Assembly: GCA_964036045.1 (NCBI GenBank)
Contig: OZ038378.1
Location: 188,294,001 to 188,358,000 of the forward strand
Reading direction: 5' to 3'
Length of the DNA: 64,000 nt
DNA from: Eutreptiella sp. 'Long Island Sound 2002'
Lineage: Eukaryota > Protista > Euglenida
Under the pieces are notes generated by a model. The model was given only the letters and a program-made list of their open reading frames with translations, ran no database searches and had not been told where the DNA came from. The stretch's first letter is position 1. Each line of letters begins with the position of its first letter. Of the stretch, positions 59,001 through 64,000 are shown one piece after another. The position numbers were made by a program, and so were the translations under genes.

Positions 59001-62000
59001 TCCTGCAACTCTACCCCCTACTGCCTCTCTTCCCCCCTCCCTCCCTCTATCTTCCCTGCCAGGGTTGGCTACAGACTGTGGGACTGTCTGTAGTAGGGTG
59101 TAGGGAAGGAGGTGTGCCATCTACAGACACATGAAGGATAGCATGCGGCTGACCACCGCTGGTGCACGTGGTAGGGGCTTGAAGAGGGGTAAAATCATGA
59201 GCCATGTCCCAACTGGCCCAATCCACTCGATGTGCTGCTCTACATCCGACCTCATTCACAACCACATCTCTACCAACGAGGGATTGCATGGGGCTGACCA
59301 CCTTAGCTGTTTCCCACGCCAATTACAGCAAGGGAATAAGTTAGAAGGAGGGCAGCACAGGTTTGCTTGACCTTAATGCACCCTGTGTACAGTAGCACAG
59401 GCTTGGTCTGTTCTGCACTGGCAGATGAAGAAGGAGCAGGGCCTGATCCATTTTGATGCCCTGCTCTTCAGCGACATGATAGCATAAGGCTGACCACCTC
59501 TGGTGCATCCATGGACAAGGAAGTGGAGGCCATCACAGACACCACGCCAACTGAGTTTGTGCAGCTGCATGAGCTTGGGCTGCCCTGATGTGCGAGATGA
59601 GGTTGTGGATTCAGTTGTCCAACCACTGGTGGCAAAGTCAGGGCCCACCAATGCCCAACGTCACAGCTTTACCCCTTTGGGCATGGTGACCCATCCTTTC
59701 CCCGACTCTTTGGCCCTCTTCTACAGGTTGGAGTGATGGCCGTGTTGCAGGTACGAGACCAAGAAACCATGACCGAAGAACATGGCAGTCTGTTCTCCCG
59801 GAAGTTTGGTGGTAAACAGAAGGCTGCAATGCGAGCAATCACACGAAAGTCCAAACCGCCGCAGGAAGACGTGCCCGACCCGCTGTCACCAAAGGCACTT
59901 GAGAAGGCGGAAACTGCGCATGGGCCTGCAGTCTTCGATTTGCCCCCGCATTCGTCTGAGAAGCTGTCGCCCGGACAATTCAACACCGACGGCAATTGGG
60001 CGTACTGCTACAACTGCGTGCCGAGGGTTTGCTCTTTCCTCCTGGGCACAGTAGTGTTCCAGGGTTGTCGCAATTTTTGCTGGGGGAGGGCAGGCTGATT
60101 GAGACAACAAAATTTCGGTCCGCAGACATGTTAAGCCAATGACCGGCACAAGCACTCTCAACCTCTGTAACCCTGCACAACCCTGTACCAAACAAAGTGT
60201 GCACGAGTAGACAGTGTAGACAAGGTAACCTCCAGGCATCTGGCCCTCGATATCAGACCGGCACGGCGGTCTCTCCCGCCCACATACCGTGCTCGGAAAT
60301 AATCGCCGTCCGCCGTCGGTCAACCCACTGACGGTTGACGTCCAAACCCTGGCAAATGGTATCCAGTCTAGAGACCACAGATACTGGAGGCAGGTGTCTT
60401 CCCTTTGCTCTCAAGGATCCCACTAGATGGGGCTCAGTGCCCCGCTGGTCTGAGTCTCGATGGTGGGGCTGCGACACGAGGGCCATTGATGAATGCTGAG
60501 GTGCACTGCGTTTTCATGGAGTGTGCTGCGAGACATGGAATGCTTTACTAGACCTGACGCAATTTGAGAATGTGATCAGAACCCACGTTGACTTGGTACA
60601 ACTCTGACTCACGCAATGCAGGTAAGCGTACGGCAGGATGGTGAAGAGCGACCCCAAACACAAACGGGCAAACGGTGCGCCAGCCCCATCAATGATGAGC
60701 GGACGGTCGATCTTCCGTGAATGACTGGCTGGTAGAACAGTGGATGGGAACTGGGCAATGAGTCGGTGGGAGGGCGGCTGCCCGATGGGCGGTGCTGCCA
60801 GGCTTGCGAAGGACGCACAGATGGAAAGGGGCTAGAGGGAGGGACTGAATGCAAGGCAAGGGGCAATGGATTCAGGCCATCGGTGCTGTGGGGCTATTGA
60901 TGAACCAAGGGTTGCACTGAGACATGAGCAATGAGGACCTTTGCATGATTTCGCACTGCAATGCTCGCATTCCTCAGCAACCAACGCATTCCGCAGAGGA
61001 AGTGGGATTCCGCATCGTGTTCCTACATGACTGACACGTCAACCCCAAAGCCCTTTGGCAGTGTGGGCGTGGGGCATGGGTGCCATGGGTGTGCTACATG
61101 CGTCGAGGCCGTCCACGCCAGAGTCACGTGTGTGGGGGGGTGCCAGGCATTCGGGCTGCTGACGGGGGAGAGGGGAAGTCGAAACCAGGACATACCCGTC
61201 GGTTTGCCAACTGTCGAAGCACATCCCTGAACCTCGAAGTCCGTCGTCCGCAGAGCATTTGTTGTGTCGCATGTGCCGAGTGGTCCGTACCCGCCACGTT
61301 AGGCCCTGCCGGTCCCGGGCGTCTGCCGAGTCGGGCACTGCCCTCACGTGTGCACGGCTTGCTCTGGTTGGCACCTGCGCATCCCCATCACTCTCAGGAT
61401 TTCCCCAAGTTCTGCCGTGAGTGCAACGACCCTCTTCAATACGGCCCAGGTCCTTCGTCTGCTCACGACTGGGCTGGGTTTTGCCTTTTTTAAGCTGTGA
61501 GGCAACTGCGGAGGTCGACCTCAAGGAGGCGCTCTCGGAAACCCCCCCCCCACACACACTGCACGCTGTGTCCACATGACTGGATCATGCAGACATCAGA
61601 AGACGGAGGGAAATGCCCTGTCAAAGGAAGAGGAATACCAACTGCCTGTCAACAACACCAAAGCATCAACGCAGTGACATTAGCAGGAATTCAGGGTGCT
61701 GTGGCATGCTTCAAATCCCCCACCAACGGTCCCAAAAGTCTGGTGCTATTGCATGCTGCGGCATGCCTCCACCGTTGGTGCTTGCCTGTGGCAAGGGAGG
61801 TGGGGCAAGTGCACCGGGAGCATTAATCTTGATGTCACATTGATATTTTTTCGTGTACCCACAATTTTTGAAGCTTGGCTTTTGCCATCTTCAAACCGAG
61901 GAGTCTTCTGAACAAGAACACACACCAAACAAGGACGCGCAGAAAGACCACATTGCCTAAGAGGAACAAGTACACAACTCGGAATGCTGCAGCCTGTTTT

Positions 62001-63705
62001 CAGTGGGCAATTGGAGTATGCATTTGGTAGTACCTACGGTCTGGTGAATCCCAAAATGCATGTCATGTGGAAAGGGAATTCAGTCGAGTGGTCCACATTT
62101 TGAAACATGATCGCCCGCATATGGAAAAGAAAACAATTCATCCCCAATGTAGTGTGCTCACCTGCAATCTGCTCCGTTGGATTTCGAGGAAGATATAATT
62201 GACAAATTCTTGAGGTGTTTTGGGCTAGAAGGTTTGGCAGCTGGACGGTTCGCAGCCTGGGGTTGAGCAAGTGCTACCTCTGGCCCTGCACCCACGGTCC
62301 GCAGGGAAAATTTGCCATGACACAGCATGCAGCACGCACTGGCATGCTGCGGCACGCTGCGCCATACTTCAAGCTGTTGGTTGGGGGGTAGGTCGCTTGT
62401 CCAAAATCACAGAGGCACCAATAACCCATGCCCTACTCCCCCCGAATGCATCCTCAACCACCTGCAAAGACTCAACACAAAGGAAACAATTCACAGCTGG
62501 TCTTCTTTCTCAGCACACTCCCGCTTCTTATCCATTTTGTGGCCAAATAGCACAATGTCCACCATTTTTGTAGCCACACACTAAGACATACCAAAACGAA
62601 AATGCATGTGTGTTTTTGTTTGTTTTTGTTTTATTCGTCTTTTGGACATACGCATGGAAACCCATGCCCCCATAACTGCAAAGGGCGACTGTTTGAGAGA
62701 GACGCTAGTTACCCCCCGTGGGCGAATGCTCGACGCGATCCGTGTTGCGGCCTGCACATGGGCCACAGACTTATTCCCTCTAGATTTGGTCATTTCTCCA
62801 AAGGTGCCGCGACCCATTGAAGGGTGAGCAACTATTTCAGTCTTTCATTCCAATGTGGACACCAGACGCCAGAATGGAAAGTTTATCAATACATATGCAT
62901 GGATATGATGATACCACCCCTCCTCTTGTACAATAAAACTTCCTGGGGCTTCCTTCCTGGGGCACCATATCGGCTGCGTAGCCACTCTCAGATTCGGTGA
63001 TACCAAGCCACGCCACGCTACGCCACGCCATGCAATACCATGCCACGCAATGCGACGCCACGCTATGCCATGCCTTTTCCCCGCCTTGCCGCGACAAACA
63101 ACGATGGCAAAGAGTGATTCCTGGATGGTGTTGTGGACGCACATAATAGATCAGACTAACACCACCACGATCATCACCGCCCTGCACATAAACCGCTGCA
63201 ACGCATTTACTGTGCCCTAGTTGGTTGCCATATGTTTACTGTGCGTATGTCCAAACTCACTGCTGAGGTGGGTGCGGCACACCTCTGTGTCCCCTGAGGC
63301 CCCTTCAGAAGGAATGCATGTGGCAAAGCGCTGGAACCAGCTATCAACAGATATCACAGTTTCAAGAGGGATCTGGACCTCAGGTTTTTTTGGGGGGGGG
63401 GTTGCTGGAGCCCATTGAGGGAGGGCCAAAGTTGCCACTATTTCCCTGCCTTCTTCATTTTTGCCCCATCCCCCCTCCTCCACCAATGATTCCGCGAGTG
63501 TCCTCGATTCTACCACCAGGATCCTGTTTGTGTACCGCGTGCAGGGTCGGTCGTCCCGCCATCGGTTGTCTTTTCAGAGTTTTCAGATACAAAGGCAGAG
63601 CCCATGAGTGTGAGCGCTGCAGTCACGCTCGCGAATTGTCTCGTGCAGATCGAGAAGGACATGGATGAAGAGAGGCAGGAACTTCAGCGCTTCAACCGAG
63701 ACATT
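44100..63705 (+). CDS. Multi-exon coiled-coil protein gene, unknown family, probably continuing beyond the window
   Basis: GT-AG exons with compatible phases: 44100-44156, 45078-45161, 46771-46929, 47680-47723 (tentative), 52442-52559, 55114-55208, 56932-57016, 58281-58487, 59751-~60000 (donor uncertain), 63649-63705. The spliced peptide is E/Q/K/L-rich with heptad character. Confidence 0.65.
45078..45161 (+). CDS. Exon [28 protein letters not shown]
   Basis: TTGCAG acceptor, GTATGC donor, 84 nt, phase 0-0. Confidence 0.65.
45950..46229. repeat. 55-bp tandem repeat, 5 copies (intronic)
   Basis: Unit GTTCGTCACAGCAAGGGGTCAAGAGTTGACAGTAGTCACACACCTTGGTGGACCT, with internal hairpin GTCAA-GAG-TTGAC. 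Confidence 0.95.
46771..46929 (+). CDS. Exon [13 protein letters not shown]...DKTAAVAAR
   Basis: CCTCAG acceptor, GTGAGG donor, 159 nt, phase 0-0. Confidence 0.7.
47925..51046. repeat. Higher-order tandem array (3 units) with internal ~190-bp subrepeats and (CCCTAA)n at unit ends
   Basis: Units end in GGTTCCACC.GCTCGGTGACCCTAA at 49312, 50439-50450 and 51027-51044. A near-identical ~150-bp module occurs at 49313-49460 and 50470-50620. CCAAAATGG...GGGCTCATTTCAC...CCCCAAATGGTCTAGGAT subrepeats recur throughout. Confidence 0.9.
51300..52150 (-). pseudogene. pogo/Tigger-family (DDE_1) transposase remnant
   Basis: [16 protein letters not shown]....AVIPGGL.QF...VDKDV...LK is the D...H....IPGG.T..LQP.D motif of DDE_1. 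Frameshifts and stops occur upstream. Confidence 0.7.
52442..52559 (+). CDS. Exon (R)[39 protein letters not shown]
   Basis: GGCAG acceptor, GTGTCC donor, phase 2-0. Confidence 0.65.
54360..54790. repeat. GCATGCCGCA repeat family (related inverted copies at ~61700-61780 and 62320-62365)
   Basis: Tandem GCATGCCGCA decamers at 54369-54390, 54428-54457 and 54760-54781. Confidence 0.8.
54541..54612 (+). pseudogene. tRNA-derived sequence (possibly Gly-TCC-like), degenerate
   Basis: A box TAGCTCAGTGGT, B box GGGTTCAATTCC, loop TTTCCAC. The anticodon stem does not pair. Confidence 0.55.
55114..55208 (+). CDS. Exon [31 protein letters not shown](T)
   Basis: CTCTCAG acceptor, GTGGGT donor, phase 0-2. 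Confidence 0.6.
55975..56607. repeat. Compound pentanucleotide microsatellite
   Basis: (TGTGG)n 56021-56220, (TGCCG)n 56221-56291, (TGTCG)n to ~56347, (GTGTT)n to ~56565, (GGGTT)n 56580-56607. Confidence 0.97.
56932..57016 (+). CDS. Exon [28 protein letters not shown]
   Basis: ACGCAG acceptor, AAG|GTCTAC donor, phase 2-0. Confidence 0.6.
57947..58035. repeat. 24-bp tandem repeat (GTTGGGAGGAGGAACAAATGTTCC), ~4 copies
   Basis: Directly visible. Confidence 0.95.
58281..58487 (+). CDS. Exon [31 protein letters not shown]...PNLEVAE
   Basis: CTCTTGACAG acceptor, GAG|GTACTT donor, 207 nt, phase 0-0, strongly coiled-coil. Confidence 0.75.
62060..62220 (+). pseudogene. hAT C-terminal dimerisation domain remnant
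   Basis: [20 protein letters not shown] ... [11 protein letters not shown] resembles VERSFS.L..I....R..M ... LD..EIID.F. Confidence 0.45.
63649..63705 (+). CDS. Exon [19 protein letters not shown]
   Basis: GTGCAG acceptor, GTATGC donor, phase 0-0. Confidence 0.6.
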
Positions 63706-64000
63706 GTATGCCCCCACTTGGAGGCTACTGTTGCTGCTTCCAGTGCACCCCTTCCCCAAGGGATGCTGCAGCCAGCATGCCGCCCGAACGGAAACAGTAT
63801 GGGGCCCTAGACAGTCACAAGCTGTATCCCTGGACTCGTTGATCTTGTTCTTCTTCTTTCCCTTGCTTTTTGCTGTTTCTCCGTGTTTCCATCATCATCG
63901 TTGCCTGCAAAATGGTTGTGCGCCTGCCTTGCTCTTGCCCATCCATGCTGTGCCCCTGCCATGCCCTGCCCGTCGATGCCATGCCCTGCCTTGCCTTTCC

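Noticed and set aside
58600-59650. Second pogo-like remnant (minus strand, [11 protein letters not shown])
   Set aside because: One weak motif only, and the catalytic motifs are not recognisable.

Overview
Eukaryotic, very repeat-rich DNA with canonical GT-AG introns, TTAGGG-type telomeric motifs, many G/C homopolymer runs and microsatellites. It is not prokaryotic. A euglenozoan-like large-genome protist is a guess from sequence style only. Two host genes are supportable. (1) An apparently intronless ~425-aa class I SAM-dependent methyltransferase-like gene with an N-terminal hydrophobic leader (13025-14302, +). (2) A >=19.6-kb multi-exon coiled-coil gene (44100 to at least 63705, +) whose short exons chain with consistent intron phases. 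The rest is a mosaic of degraded mobile elements (PIF/Harbinger-like, hAT, pogo, Merlin-like, piggyBac-like, DIRS-type, Penelope-like, L1-like) and tandem repeats. The most notable structure found by reading the DNA is a family of six compact (551-780 bp) elements with GGGGG...CCCCC terminal inverted repeats, variable 3-bp target-site duplications and directly repeated GC-rich subterminal motifs. Each carries different cargo: transposase pieces, a DIRS-type NPPF methylase fragment, a 62-aa Tudor/SH3-like ORF, or a coiled-coil fragment. A seventh, CCCCC...GGGGG-type element carries a homolog of the same Tudor-like ORF. There is also a 2-kb hAT-type element (8-bp TSD) containing a TTAGGG-bearing 48-bp array and a spliceable mini-gene, and a higher-order tandem array whose units end in (CCCTAA)n. 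All protein family calls come from motif recognition by eye; no database search was run.
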